Source: Bacillota bacterium
GTDB lineage: Bacteria; Bacillota; Clostridia; Christensenellales; SZUA-584
NCBI GenBank assembly: GCA_023396555.1
Contig: JAEWWC010000058.1
Span: forward strand, 1 to 58,103
Reading direction: 5' to 3'
Length of the DNA: 58,103 nucleotides
Shown here in pieces: positions 10,153 to 19,572 of the stretch (positions are counted from its first letter, which is position 1; the number at the start of each line of letters is the position of its first letter). The position numbers and the translations under genes are program-made. The notes under the pieces were generated by a model, which saw only the letters and a program-made list of their open reading frames with translations, was not told where the DNA came from and did not search any database.

Positions 10153-10656
10153 TCTTATAATACATCCTGCTTACGCATTGTAAATTAGTGGAATGAAAAT
10201 ATTCCTGCAAGCATTGAAAATAATCTCTTGACATTGTTATTGCTGAAATATACTATAAATACAGTCATAAACTAGATCTTTTGCGGATCTTAAAAGCTTC
10301 AACCAATCTTCCTTTCAAAGCCCTGTGCAACCGGGGCCTTATTTTTTAGCCGAAAAACAGGTCATTTAATATATGAGTCTTCTCATTCGTTGATTTAATA
10401 GTTAGCAATGTAGTTTGCACAACACTGATATTTATCTTATATTCTTGAGTCGTAAATGAAGGAAGAGAGCGCCAAAAAACGAGTTAAGAATGTATAATCA
10501 AATTACCATAACTTATTATAACTTATAACTGATGTGTTGGGTTTGTCATCTTAAAAGCTGATTACAGGCGGAATGAGAATAAATTGGTATAGAGGAAACG
10601 AAAAATAGGCGATATCACCGGGTTCGACAGGCGAAAAATATAACGTGCCAAGTCAG

Positions 10657-12522
10657 CTAACTGATGGGCGATGTCCCCATTATGTGCAGCTTGAGAGCGG
10701 TATAATCTGATATATTCAGGCTTCCATCGTTGTTGACGTCTCCCGCCCGCATCGAGACGGGTGACAGCCCCCTCTTTCCCAGTATACTAAGGCGAACGTA
10801 AGTATAATCGGCAATGCTAATAGAATTGTCACCATTGACATCTCCGCGTACGGCGATGAACAGGGAATCCAAGATTACAGATTCGTTTTTTAAACAGACA
10901 AACATGCCTGTTTTGACTGTTCCGCTCGTGACTTCCTGCTGGTTTGCGTTACGGATCATGATGGTCCCGCCACGTCCTGTAAAATATGACGCCAGTGTTT
11001 CAACAGACGTACCCAAGGGTACGCCATACACCACGCGATTTCTTCGGTCCACAGAGTAACGACCGGACAAAATAGCAGGAATAGACATGATGGCTGAATT
11101 AGCATCCACACGGCCATATCCGTAATTGTTATCCCGACCGGGCGCTCCAAGATCAACCGCTGAATTGTATAAAGCTTCCTTAACATCGTTTGCATTGAGA
11201 CTGTAGTTTGCAGACAGCAAAAGCGCCGCCACACCGGCGACAACGGGAGATGCCATCGAAGTACCGGCCATCCAAGCGTAACTGGACAAACCTGTTTTGG
11301 GATCATAATATGTGGACAGTATCCAGTCCGAAGAAACATCACCGTCGCCGCCCGGTGCGGATATGTCCTTCTGCGATCCGTAGTTAGAGTAATAGGCGCG
11401 GGTGTCATATCTGCTGGTGGCGATAACGGATACCACATTCGCTTGGTCGCTGGGGTAGTGGTCGGTGGTGGTGTTGTCGTTGCCGGCAGCGGCCAAAACA
11501 AGGATGCCGTTATTAACGGCTTCATCGATGGCGTTCGATTCCGCGTAATCCAGATAGTAACTGCCGAGGCTCATATTGATGATATCGGCGTCGTTGCTGA
11601 TGGCATAGTTGATGCCCTCGACAATATCTGCCGTGGTTGCCCACCAGTCGGTGCCGTCGGTATCGAATACGTCCACCGTGATGAGGCTGACGCCGGGAGC
11701 CACGCCCGCCACGCCTAAGCCGTTGTTGGCGGTTGCCGCAATGATACCGGCTACATGCGTACCGTGGCCGTCGTCGTCGTCGGCTCTGCCGTCATAGTCC
11801 ACGACATCCGTCTGATATAGTATCCGGCCCGCAAGATCCGGATGCTTCAAGTCTACGCCGGTATCCAGCACCGCGACGCGTACGCCGGAATTGCCCATTG
11901 TTGTGTCCCATGCCGATGGGGCATTGATGGTATTCAGATGCCATTGGAGGCCAAAGCCGGGATCGTTCGCATAAGCATCTGTGCCGCCATTGCCCGGCGG
12001 AAAGCCTCCCGTGACCGGTATGCGCTCCGTATCGTCCAGATAATATATATAGTTGGGCTGAGCATACAGTACATCCGGCTGCTCCTCCAACTCATCGATG
12101 TAGCCCGTTATCGTCTCTCCGGCAGGAACCTCGGCGATGTGCAGATTATCGGTTATCTCATCCTGCTCCTCAGAATCATCCAGCGCTTGCTGGACGATGG
12201 CATCGCTGGCACTCAGTTTGAACTGGACGAGCACCTCGCCCGCAACGCACGGATATCCTTCCACCGTCACCACATCCGCGCCGCTCAGCCCGCGCTCCGG
12301 CACGGTGGCTTCGGCATCCGCAGCCATGACAGCCTTGGGAGTCGGGGGCGGCTCAGGCTCGGTTGTCTGTACTGAAGGCGTCGGTGTCTGCGCCGACGGC
12401 TCCTCGGCCAACACGAGGGGTACATCCCAAGTAAATACCGAAAAGGCCAGCAACAACGAAAGCACGCCTGCTTTTATTCGCCTGCCTGTATTTTGGCAGT
12501 ACCGGTCGTCGAATTTTATCAT
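10657..12522 (-). CDS. Secreted S8 subtilisin-family serine protease with a C-terminal conserved module plus dockerin
   Basis: Start at MIKFDD (ATG 12522, after GAGAGGAAGG), followed by a signal peptide. Catalytic triad: VAVLDTGVD, HGTHVAGIIAA, GTSMASPVVAG. The C-terminus carries two dockerin Ca-binding segments, GDVNGDNSISIADYTYVRLSILG and GDVNNDGSLNISDYTALKLHIMG. Confidence 0.85.
   Translation of the reverse strand: MIKFDDRYCQNTGRRIKAGVLSLLLAFSVFTWDVPLVLAEEPSAQTPTPSVQTTEPEPPPTPKAVMAADAEATVPERGLSGADVVTVEGYPCVAGEVLVQFKLSASDAIVQQALDDSEEQDEITDNLHIAEVPAGETITGYIDELEEQPDVLYAQPNYIYYLDDTERIPVTGGFPPGNGGTDAYANDPGFGLQWHLNTINAPSAWDTTMGNSGVRVAVLDTGVDLKHPDLAGRILYQTDVVDYDGRADDDDGHGTHVAGIIAATANNGLGVAGVAPGVSLITVDVFDTDGTDWWATTADIVEGINYAISNDADIINMSLGSYYLDYAESNAIDEAVNNGILVLAAAGNDNTTTDHYPSDQANVVSVIATSRYDTRAYYSNYGSQKDISAPGGDGDVSSDWILSTYYDPKTGLSSYAWMAGTSMASPVVAGVAALLLSANYSLNANDVKEALYNSAVDLGAPGRDNNYGYGRVDANSAIMSIPAILSGRYSVDRRNRVVYGVPLGTSVETLASYFTGRGGTIMIRNANQQEVTSGTVKTGMFVCLKNESVILDSLFIAVRGDVNGDNSISIADYTYVRLSILGKRGLSPVSMRAGDVNNDGSLNISDYTALKLHIMGTSPIS
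10660..10845 (-). other. Dockerin module (two EF-hand-like segments) of the S8 protease
   Basis: A duplicated D-x-N-x-D-G-x-x-x-x-x-D-Y loop-helix motif. Confidence 0.75.
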
Positions 12523-12713
12523 GGCTACCTTCCTCTCATAAAAATTATCGCATTTATGAGGTATTATCTGAAACCGCAAAACCGGAAAATTACAAATTTT
12601 ATATGAATATGATACAGGAAACAGTTTAAATACGCAACAAACTTGTATTAATTTGTGATAAAGCCTGCCTTGCGGCATACACATATGATAGAAACCGAAA
12701 GGGAAACCGCAGC

Positions 12714-14036
12714 GTGAAAACGATGAAGGAAGCTCTGCTTGAAAAAATAGTGCACCGGGAGCTGAGGGTCGGCGTGGTGGGGTTGGGGTATGTCGGCCTG
12801 CCGCTGGCTGTGGAAAAGGCGAAAGCAGGATTTAAGACGGTCGGCTTTGACATACAGGAGAAGAAGGTGCGCATGGTGAACACCGGGCAAAACTACATCG
12901 GCGATGTGGTGGACGCGGATTTGAACCGGCTGATAAACGAAGGCATGCTCTACGCTTCCTCCGACTTCTCGTTCGTCCGAGACGTTGATTTCGTCGCGAT
13001 ATGCGTACCAACGCCGTTAGATAAGCATCAGCAGCCGGACATTAGCTGTGTGTGCGACTCGGCAGCCAGCATCGCGCGGTATCTGAAAAGGGAGTCGGTC
13101 GTGGTGCTGGAATCCACCACGTACCCTGGCACCACGGAGGAACTACTCAAGCCGATACTGGAGAAGGAGAGCGGCCTCATTTGCGGCACGGACTTCTATC
13201 TGGGTTTTTCGCCCGAGCGCGTTGACCCCGGTAACCTGATCTACAAGACGAAGAATACGCCCAAGGTGGTGGGGGCGATAGGCACGGACGCGTGTGAGGT
13301 CATTTCGTTCATGTACCGGCAAGTGCTGCAGGGGGATGTGAAGGAGGTGTCGTCGCCCGCGGTGGCCGAGATGGAGAAGATACTGGAGAACACGTACCGC
13401 AACGTCAACATCGGCCTCATCAACGAGATTGCCATGCTGTGCGACAGAATGAGCATCAACGTCTGGGAGGTGATCGACGCAGCGGGCACCAAGCCCTACG
13501 GCTTTCAGGCATTTTACCCCGGCCCCGGTCTTGGCGGCCACTGCATCCCGCTCGACCCGTATTACCTCTCATGGAAGGCGCGGGAATACGGCTTCCACAC
13601 CTCGATGATCGAGGCGGCGGGCATGGTGAACGACCACATGCCCGACTACTGTGTGGAGCGCATCAGCCGTATGCTCAATCGGCGTCAAAAGGCGCTGAGC
13701 TGCGCTGCCGTGCTGGTGCTGGGCGTGGCCTACAAGCAGGATATCGACGACTACCGGGAGAGTCCGGCGATCAAGGTGATTGAGAAGCTGGAGGAGCAAG
13801 GGGCGGCGGTGTCCTTCTACGACCCGTATGTCAGCGAATACGTCCATGAGGGGAAGCGCAGGCGGAGCATCGGCGCACTGACGGAGGAGACGCTGAAGCA
13901 GGCGGACGCGGTGGTGGTGACGGCAGCACATAAGGCAGTGGATTATGAGCTGGTTGCGCGGTGCGCAGCGGTAGTATTCGATGCGAAGAACGCCATGAAG
14001 AATGTCCGATGCCGAGATAATATCGAGCTTTTATAA
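12714..14036 (+). CDS. wbpA: UDP-N-acetyl-D-glucosamine 6-dehydrogenase (nucleotide-sugar dehydrogenase, WbpA-like)
   Basis: GTG start. N-terminal Rossmann motif VGVVGLGYVGLP and catalytic GGHCIPLDPYY. First gene of a wbpA-B-E-D-like set. Confidence 0.75.
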   Translation: MKTMKEALLEKIVHRELRVGVVGLGYVGLPLAVEKAKAGFKTVGFDIQEKKVRMVNTGQNYIGDVVDADLNRLINEGMLYASSDFSFVRDVDFVAICVPTPLDKHQQPDISCVCDSAASIARYLKRESVVVLESTTYPGTTEELLKPILEKESGLICGTDFYLGFSPERVDPGNLIYKTKNTPKVVGAIGTDACEVISFMYRQVLQGDVKEVSSPAVAEMEKILENTYRNVNIGLINEIAMLCDRMSINVWEVIDAAGTKPYGFQAFYPGPGLGGHCIPLDPYYLSWKAREYGFHTSMIEAAGMVNDHMPDYCVERISRMLNRRQKALSCAAVLVLGVAYKQDIDDYRESPAIKVIEKLEEQGAAVSFYDPYVSEYVHEGKRRRSIGALTEETLKQADAVVVTAAHKAVDYELVARCAAVVFDAKNAMKNVRCRDNIELL

Positions 14037-14050
14037 GGGAGTTAATACCT

Positions 14051-15136
14051 ATGGGGCTGAGATATGCGCTGATCGGGTGCGGCTCTATCGCACTCAACCA
14101 TTTCACCGCCGCGCTGAACAACGGCCTTGATATTTCGGGGCTTTGCGACATCGATGTGCATTCCGTGAAAAGCCTGACGGAAAAGGCGTGTTTTTACGGC
14201 GCGGCTGCAGCGTACACGGATTATCGGGCGATGCTGAGGGAAGCGCGGCCTGAGTTGGTGGCAATCACCACGGATAACGGCAACCACGCCCGCATCGCGC
14301 TGGACTGCATCGAGGCGGGCTGCCATGTGATCGTCGAGAAGCCCATTGCGCTGTCACTCAAGGACGCGGACGCCGTGATTGCCGCGGGGCGGGAGCGGGG
14401 CGTGTGCGTGTGCGCGTCCCATCAAAACCGCTTCAACGCGTCCGTTCAAATGATGCGCAGTGCCATCGGCGCGGGGCGGATGGGACGGTTGCTGTATGGA
14501 ACGACGCATGTGCGCTGGAACAGGGGGCAGGAATACTATGCCAAAGCGCCGTGGCGGGGAACATGGGCGCAGGACGGCGGCATGCTGGTCAACCAGTGTA
14601 TCCATCACATCGACCTGCTTCTCTGGCTGATGGGCGGCAAGGCGACGGAGGTGTTTGCTTACACGGACAATCTCAGCCACCAGTATATCGAGACGGAGGA
14701 TATGGGGTTGGCGTTGGTGAAATTCGCGGGCGGCGCGTACGGCGTTATCGAGGGAACGACTGATGTTTTCCCGAGGAATCTGGAGGAGACGCTGTATGTG
14801 TTTGGCGAGAAGGGCACGATGAAGGCGGGAGGCAAGGCACTCTCCCGCATCGAGGAATGGCGATTTGAGGACGGCCTGGATGATGACGAGGCGCTGAACG
14901 CGCTGAACGGGGAAGGCTGGCTGATCGCCGGTCATACCGCGCTGTATGCGGATGTGCTCCGCGCGATCCGCACAAAGACGCGGCCGCTGGCGGACGGCGA
15001 AGCCGGGCGGTGCGCATTGGAGCTGGCGCTGGCGATCCACAAGTCGGCGTCGGAGGGGCGGCCAGTGTGCCTGCCGCTCACGGATTTTTCCGTCGAGGAT
15101 ATAATGGGACATTTTAAGCAACGAGCAGAGGAATGA
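14051..15136 (+). CDS. wbpB: Gfo/Idh/MocA-family oxidoreductase (WbpB-like UDP-GlcNAcA 3-oxidase)
   Basis: MGLRYALIGCGSIALNHF NAD-binding N-terminus and EKPIALSL. Its position between the dehydrogenase and the aminotransferase supports the call. Confidence 0.65.
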   Translation: MGLRYALIGCGSIALNHFTAALNNGLDISGLCDIDVHSVKSLTEKACFYGAAAAYTDYRAMLREARPELVAITTDNGNHARIALDCIEAGCHVIVEKPIALSLKDADAVIAAGRERGVCVCASHQNRFNASVQMMRSAIGAGRMGRLLYGTTHVRWNRGQEYYAKAPWRGTWAQDGGMLVNQCIHHIDLLLWLMGGKATEVFAYTDNLSHQYIETEDMGLALVKFAGGAYGVIEGTTDVFPRNLEETLYVFGEKGTMKAGGKALSRIEEWRFEDGLDDDEALNALNGEGWLIAGHTALYADVLRAIRTKTRPLADGEAGRCALELALAIHKSASEGRPVCLPLTDFSVEDIMGHFKQRAEE

Positions 15137-15137
15137 T

Positions 15138-16259
15138 ATGCAGTTTATCGATTTGAGCAGGCAGTGCAGCCGTCTGGAGGTGGACATCCGCGCCAGACTG
15201 GACGCCGTATACCGGCATCAACGGTTCATCATGGGGCCGGAGGTCAAGGAGCTGGAGCAGCGGCTGGCGGAGGACACCGGCAGGCGGCATGTGGTGACGT
15301 GCGCCAACGGAACCGACGCGCTGACGCTGGCGTTGATGGCATACGGACTGAGCGCGGGCGATGCGGTGTTCGTACCGGCGTTCACTTTCTTCGCATCCGC
15401 TGAATGCGTCAGCGCGGCTGGCGGGACGCCGGTGTTTGTGGATGTGGATCCCGACACGTTCAACATCTGCCCCGAAGCGTTGGAGAAGGCCGTTGCCGCA
15501 ACGCTGGAGCGGGGAGCACTGCGCCCCCGCGCCGTGATACCGGTGGATCTGTTCGGGCTGCCCGCAGATTACGACCGCCTGCTGCCCATCGCCGAACGGT
15601 ATGGCCTGTTCGTGCTGGAGGACGCCGCGCAGAGCTTCGGCGGCGTTTACAGCGGCAAAAAGGCGTGCGCCTTTGGCCACGTATCCGCCACCTCATTCTT
15701 CCCCGCCAAGCCGCTGGGGTGCTGGGGCGACGGTGGCGCGGTGTTCACGGACGACGACGCGCTCGCGGAGCGGCTGGCGTCCATCCGCGTCCACGGGCAG
15801 GGCAAGGATAAGTACGACAACGTGCGCATCGGGCTCAATTCGCGGCTGGACACGATGCAGGCGGCGATACTGCTCGCAAAGCTGGGCGTGTTTGACGACG
15901 AGCTGAGTGCGCGCAACCGCGCGGCGGCGGCCTATACGGCGCGGCTGGGCACTGCCGTCAAAACGCCGCACATTCCGGCAGACGCCGTATCCGCGTGGGC
16001 GCAGTATACGCTGACAGCGCGTAGCGCAGCACACAGGGAGGCGTTGCTGCGAGAGCTGAAAGCGCAGGGGATACCAACAGCAGTCTATTACCCGACGCCG
16101 CTGCATCTGAGCACGGCTTACAAGCATCTGAATTATAGCGAGGGAAGCCTGCCTGTCTGCGAAGACCTGAGCCGCCGCGTGCTGAGTCTGCCGATGCACC
16201 CGTATCTGACGGATGAAGAGATAGCGCGGGTCAGCGGCGCGGTTCTGGCGTTGTGCTGA
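15138..16259 (+). CDS. wbpE: DegT/DnrJ/EryC1-family PLP aminotransferase (WbpE-like)
   Basis: MQFIDLSRQ...FIMGPEVKELEQRLAE...CANGTDALTLAL...SFFPAKPLGCWGDGGAVFTDDD...NSRLDTMQAAILL is collinear with my memory of P. aeruginosa WbpE. Confidence 0.8.
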   Translation: MQFIDLSRQCSRLEVDIRARLDAVYRHQRFIMGPEVKELEQRLAEDTGRRHVVTCANGTDALTLALMAYGLSAGDAVFVPAFTFFASAECVSAAGGTPVFVDVDPDTFNICPEALEKAVAATLERGALRPRAVIPVDLFGLPADYDRLLPIAERYGLFVLEDAAQSFGGVYSGKKACAFGHVSATSFFPAKPLGCWGDGGAVFTDDDALAERLASIRVHGQGKDKYDNVRIGLNSRLDTMQAAILLAKLGVFDDELSARNRAAAAYTARLGTAVKTPHIPADAVSAWAQYTLTARSAAHREALLRELKAQGIPTAVYYPTPLHLSTAYKHLNYSEGSLPVCEDLSRRVLSLPMHPYLTDEEIARVSGAVLALC

Positions 16260-16300
16260 AAGACGGCAAGAACCTACACGAAGAAAGGCGGGGAGCATCC

Positions 16301-16861
16301 ATGAGCTATTATATGCACGAAAGCAGCATCATCGACGACGGTGTGAAGATCGGCGACGGCACGAAGATATGGCATTTTTGTCACGTGCAAAACGGCGCGG
16401 AGATAGGCCGGGATTGTATGCTGGGGCAGAACGTATATATCGGCAGCGGCGTGAAAATCGGCAACGGGGTGAAGCTGCAGAACAACGTATCGGTGTACGA
16501 GGGTGTGGAGCTGGAGGATGGCGTGTTCTGTGGCCCGTCCATGGTGTTCACCAACGACCTGACACCCAGAAGCCTGTACCCCAAGGAAAAGGGCTGCGCA
16601 GTCAGGACGCTGGTGCGGCAGGGCGCCACTATCGGCGCGAACGCCACCATCGTATGCGGAGTAACCATCGGCAGGTGGGCGCTGGTGGCGGCGGGGGCGG
16701 TGGTCGCCAAGGATGTGCCCGACTACGCGCTGGTACGTGGAACGCCCTCGTCTGTAGTGGGGTGGGTATGCGAATGTGGAAAGCCGCTGAAGGACGGCTT
16801 TCAATGCCGAAGCTGCGGCAGAAAATATAACCCGGACGGCGGTCGGCTGACAGAGGAATAG
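16301..16861 (+). CDS. wbpD: Left-handed beta-helix N-acetyltransferase (WbpD-like)
   Basis: ATG at 16301 after AAAGGCGGGGAG. MSYYMHESSIIDDGVKIGDGTKIWHFCHV...NNVSVYEGVELEDGVFCGPSMVFTND...GATIGANATIVCGVTIG closely parallels WbpD. Confidence 0.8.
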   Translation: MSYYMHESSIIDDGVKIGDGTKIWHFCHVQNGAEIGRDCMLGQNVYIGSGVKIGNGVKLQNNVSVYEGVELEDGVFCGPSMVFTNDLTPRSLYPKEKGCAVRTLVRQGATIGANATIVCGVTIGRWALVAAGAVVAKDVPDYALVRGTPSSVVGWVCECGKPLKDGFQCRSCGRKYNPDGGRLTEE

Positions 16862-17098
16862 AAATCGAAATCTTCCGAAAAGATCCCAAGCCTTAGCGGC
16901 TCATTATTTGATACGTTTTGTCGTTTAAAAGCGATTGAAATTGATTTTCACTCGCTTTTTGCATAAAGAAATTGATTTTTACTGTGATGTATGCTATATG
17001 TATATAAATATATTAAGAATATGTGACGCAAATATTACAAAAAACCATTTCAAAAAATGCTTGCTGTCGACGGATCAAAGACTGCAAAACAGGAGGAA

Positions 17099-19423
17099 AT
17101 GATGCGGAAGAAAATACTGTGGCTGGCTCTCTGTGTACTCATGTTGCTCTCTTTGTTTCCGATATCATCGGCGTTTGCAGCAAGCCCGTATGACAGAATC
17201 CGTGTTAAGCTGTCCATAGGCACTCCCACCAAGTTTTCATTTCTGGTAGACGGGAACTACAGCGTTGCCGGAAAGGCGCTGGAACGGCAGCTTTATACCG
17301 TTAAAGTTGAGGGCGGCCAGCTGAAGCTTTATCTGGGTAGCTCTCTAGTGTCCGGCGGCTCCACGATATATCTGACCCAGCACCAGATGACGCAAGCGCA
17401 AAGGAATGAGAACCTCAACAATTCTATTTGGCTGGCCAACACCAGCCAAGGCGACCGGTCTTATATCGGCGACATGTCGTTTTCCATACAAGGCGGCGTG
17501 ATTCAGCTGGTCAACAACCTGGGGCTTGACCAATATCTGTACGGCGTGGTGCCGCACGAGATGAGCGATTCCTTCCCGCTGGAGGCACTGAAAAGCCAGG
17601 CGGTGGCCGCGCGCAACTACGCGGTCAGTAAAATCAGCGGCTCCGGCACCTACGACCTGACGGACCTTTCATCGGTTGACCAGGTTTACAAGGGGTACGA
17701 TCCGACGTTAACGAACGCCATTGCGGCGGTGGACGCGACGGCGGGCAAGGTGATGACCTACGGCGGCAGCGTCATAACGGCGTACTATTCGGCGTCCAAC
17801 GGCGGCATGACGGATATTCCGTATCATCGCTGGGGAGGCGGCGCGAATTGGGTGTACTACGATATCCAACCGGATCCGTTTGACATTGCCAATCCGTCAA
17901 GCCTGTACGAGACTCTCTATTTTCCCGCGGTCAATACCGAGGGAAATGTGACGTCGGGCGGCAACACCGGAACGATGCCCAGCACAGCCATTGCTACGAA
18001 CTATATTAAGCAGGCGATACTGGACAGTGGGCAGCTATCCGCTTATAGCGTAACGGGTATCAACCAGTTTGCGCTCACCGGCATCAATGGGCTGTATGCC
18101 CACACCTACGATACCTTCAGCGGGCAGAATCATAGCCTGATGCCGTTTTCCGGAGTGAACAACTGCATTGACATGGTGCGCGCCACGGGCAGCTTCTCCG
18201 TGACGCTGCTGTCCAGCATGAACGGCGCAGCCGCTCCGGCGGAGAAGCCGACCGTGCCCGACGAGGGGACGAGCCTGGAGGAACCGGTTGCGCCGGATGA
18301 GGGGACGAGCCCGGAAGAACCGGTTGCGCCGGACGAAAGGACGAGCCCTGAGGAACCGTCCGTGCCGGATGAGGAGACGAGCTCTGAAGAACCGGATACG
18401 GCGGATGAGGGGGCTCGCGTCATTCTGGCAGGCGAAACGGATACCCAAATAGCGGACGTGCCGGCCGGGACGGTAGTCAGCGTGACGGGAGTGGACTTTT
18501 CGCTGCGCACGCTCAACGGTTCGGACGGCACCTCGGCGTACAAGGCATTTCAATCCACCAGTCTTGGCGTGGTGGTGGTGGAGCCGGTGTACAGCGGCAG
18601 CACGCTGACGGGCTACAACATCGCGCAGCGGCGCTATGGACACGGCATCGGCCTGTCGCAGCGTGGCGCGCAGCAGCGGGCCAAGGCGGTGTCGGAGGGC
18701 GGCGGCGGACAGACCTATGAGCAGATACTTGCGTTCTACTATCCGAGCACGGCGATTACCTCGCTGAATACCACAACGCCTTCGCAAACGGTGCTGGCAT
18801 CTGCCGGCTACACCAACGCCACGGTCGTTAATACGACGTCGCTGAACGTGCGCAGCGGGCCCGGAACCAACTATGGCAAAGTTGGGACGCTGCCGGGCGG
18901 CGCGCGCGTGGAGGCGATGGAAGCGGGTGTCGCGTCAAGCTGGTATATGATCGACTACGGCGGCACCGCCGCATATGTCCATAAAGACTACATTAAACAG
19001 GATACCAAGGCGCTGCTCTCCACCAAGTTTATTCGGCGCAACAACCTGCTTTACATCGGCGCCAACACGACCTGCAGCACGCTGGTCAGCAGCTTTGTGG
19101 GGTACAGCGGAACCATAACGGTACGCAACGCCTCCGGTACGGTGATATCCGGCAGCACCAAGGTGGGCGCCGGGGTAACGGTGACACTGATGAACGGGTC
19201 CACAACGCTGGATCAGGTGACGCTGTATCTGAAGGGCGACGTGAACGGAGACGGGGCGATAGGTATCGCGGATTATACCGCAATCCGCCTGCATATTCTC
19301 AACACCACTCCGCTCAATGGCTTCGGCGTCCAGATGGCGGATGTGGACGGCGACGGAGAAGTGGATATCATGGATTATACGTTGATTCGGTTGTATTTGC
19401 TGGGCCTGTGGTCAATCGGATAA
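17099..19423 (+). CDS. Secreted SpoIID/LytB-domain protein with an acidic Pro/Glu repeat linker, an SH3b domain, a conserved module and a dockerin
   Basis: Signal peptide MMRKKILWLALCVLMLLSLFPISSAFA. SpoIID/LytB core: YLYGVVPHEM, EALKSQAVAARNYA, YYSASNGGMT, GHGIGLSQRGA. SH3b: LNVRSGPGTNYGKVGTLPGGARVEAM. Dockerin: GDVNGDGAIGIADYTAIRLHIL ... DVDGDGEVDIMDYTLIRLYLLG. Confidence 0.85.
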   Translation: MMRKKILWLALCVLMLLSLFPISSAFAASPYDRIRVKLSIGTPTKFSFLVDGNYSVAGKALERQLYTVKVEGGQLKLYLGSSLVSGGSTIYLTQHQMTQAQRNENLNNSIWLANTSQGDRSYIGDMSFSIQGGVIQLVNNLGLDQYLYGVVPHEMSDSFPLEALKSQAVAARNYAVSKISGSGTYDLTDLSSVDQVYKGYDPTLTNAIAAVDATAGKVMTYGGSVITAYYSASNGGMTDIPYHRWGGGANWVYYDIQPDPFDIANPSSLYETLYFPAVNTEGNVTSGGNTGTMPSTAIATNYIKQAILDSGQLSAYSVTGINQFALTGINGLYAHTYDTFSGQNHSLMPFSGVNNCIDMVRATGSFSVTLLSSMNGAAAPAEKPTVPDEGTSLEEPVAPDEGTSPEEPVAPDERTSPEEPSVPDEETSSEEPDTADEGARVILAGETDTQIADVPAGTVVSVTGVDFSLRTLNGSDGTSAYKAFQSTSLGVVVVEPVYSGSTLTGYNIAQRRYGHGIGLSQRGAQQRAKAVSEGGGGQTYEQILAFYYPSTAITSLNTTTPSQTVLASAGYTNATVVNTTSLNVRSGPGTNYGKVGTLPGGARVEAMEAGVASSWYMIDYGGTAAYVHKDYIKQDTKALLSTKFIRRNNLLYIGANTTCSTLVSSFVGYSGTITVRNASGTVISGSTKVGAGVTVTLMNGSTTLDQVTLYLKGDVNGDGAIGIADYTAIRLHILNTTPLNGFGVQMADVDGDGEVDIMDYTLIRLYLLGLWSIG
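18254..18415 (+). repeat. About 36-bp coding tandem repeat (roughly 4 copies) encoding a PDEGTSxEEPVA linker
   Basis: VPDEGTSLEEPVAPDEGTSPEEPVAPDERTSPEEPSVPDEETSSEEP, read directly from the sequence. Confidence 0.8.
19235..19420 (+). other. Dockerin module of the SpoIID/LytB protein
   Basis: Duplicated Ca-loop/helix segments, as quoted for the parent CDS. Confidence 0.75.
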
Positions 19424-19459
19424 GCAGTAAGCGAAAAAACTGACCAAAACCGACAGCAG

Positions 19460-19489
19460 TTGACCTTACAGGTAACTTTGTATTATAAT
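19460..19489 (+). promoter_or_regulatory. Promoter of the Fn3-repeat protein gene
   Basis: TTGACC (19460-19465), an 18-nt spacer, then TATAAT (19484-19489). Confidence 0.55.
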
Positions 19490-19572
19490 GACAATAAAAT
19501 GGTGGTGTTGTACTTGTTTGGGACGGTTTTCAAGATTTTTTTGATAAAACATTTCTTTTGCGGAGGTTACTG

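Noticed and set aside
12523-12684. N-terminal 54-aa extension of the S8 protease ORF. Similar long leaders occur on the ORFs at 1410, 6952, 8382, 16253, 22311, 28876, 30664, 35872, 47208 and 56615.
   Set aside because: In each case an internal start preceded by a GGAGG-like RBS coincides with the start of the signal peptide or conserved domain. The upstream extensions have no RBS and odd composition.
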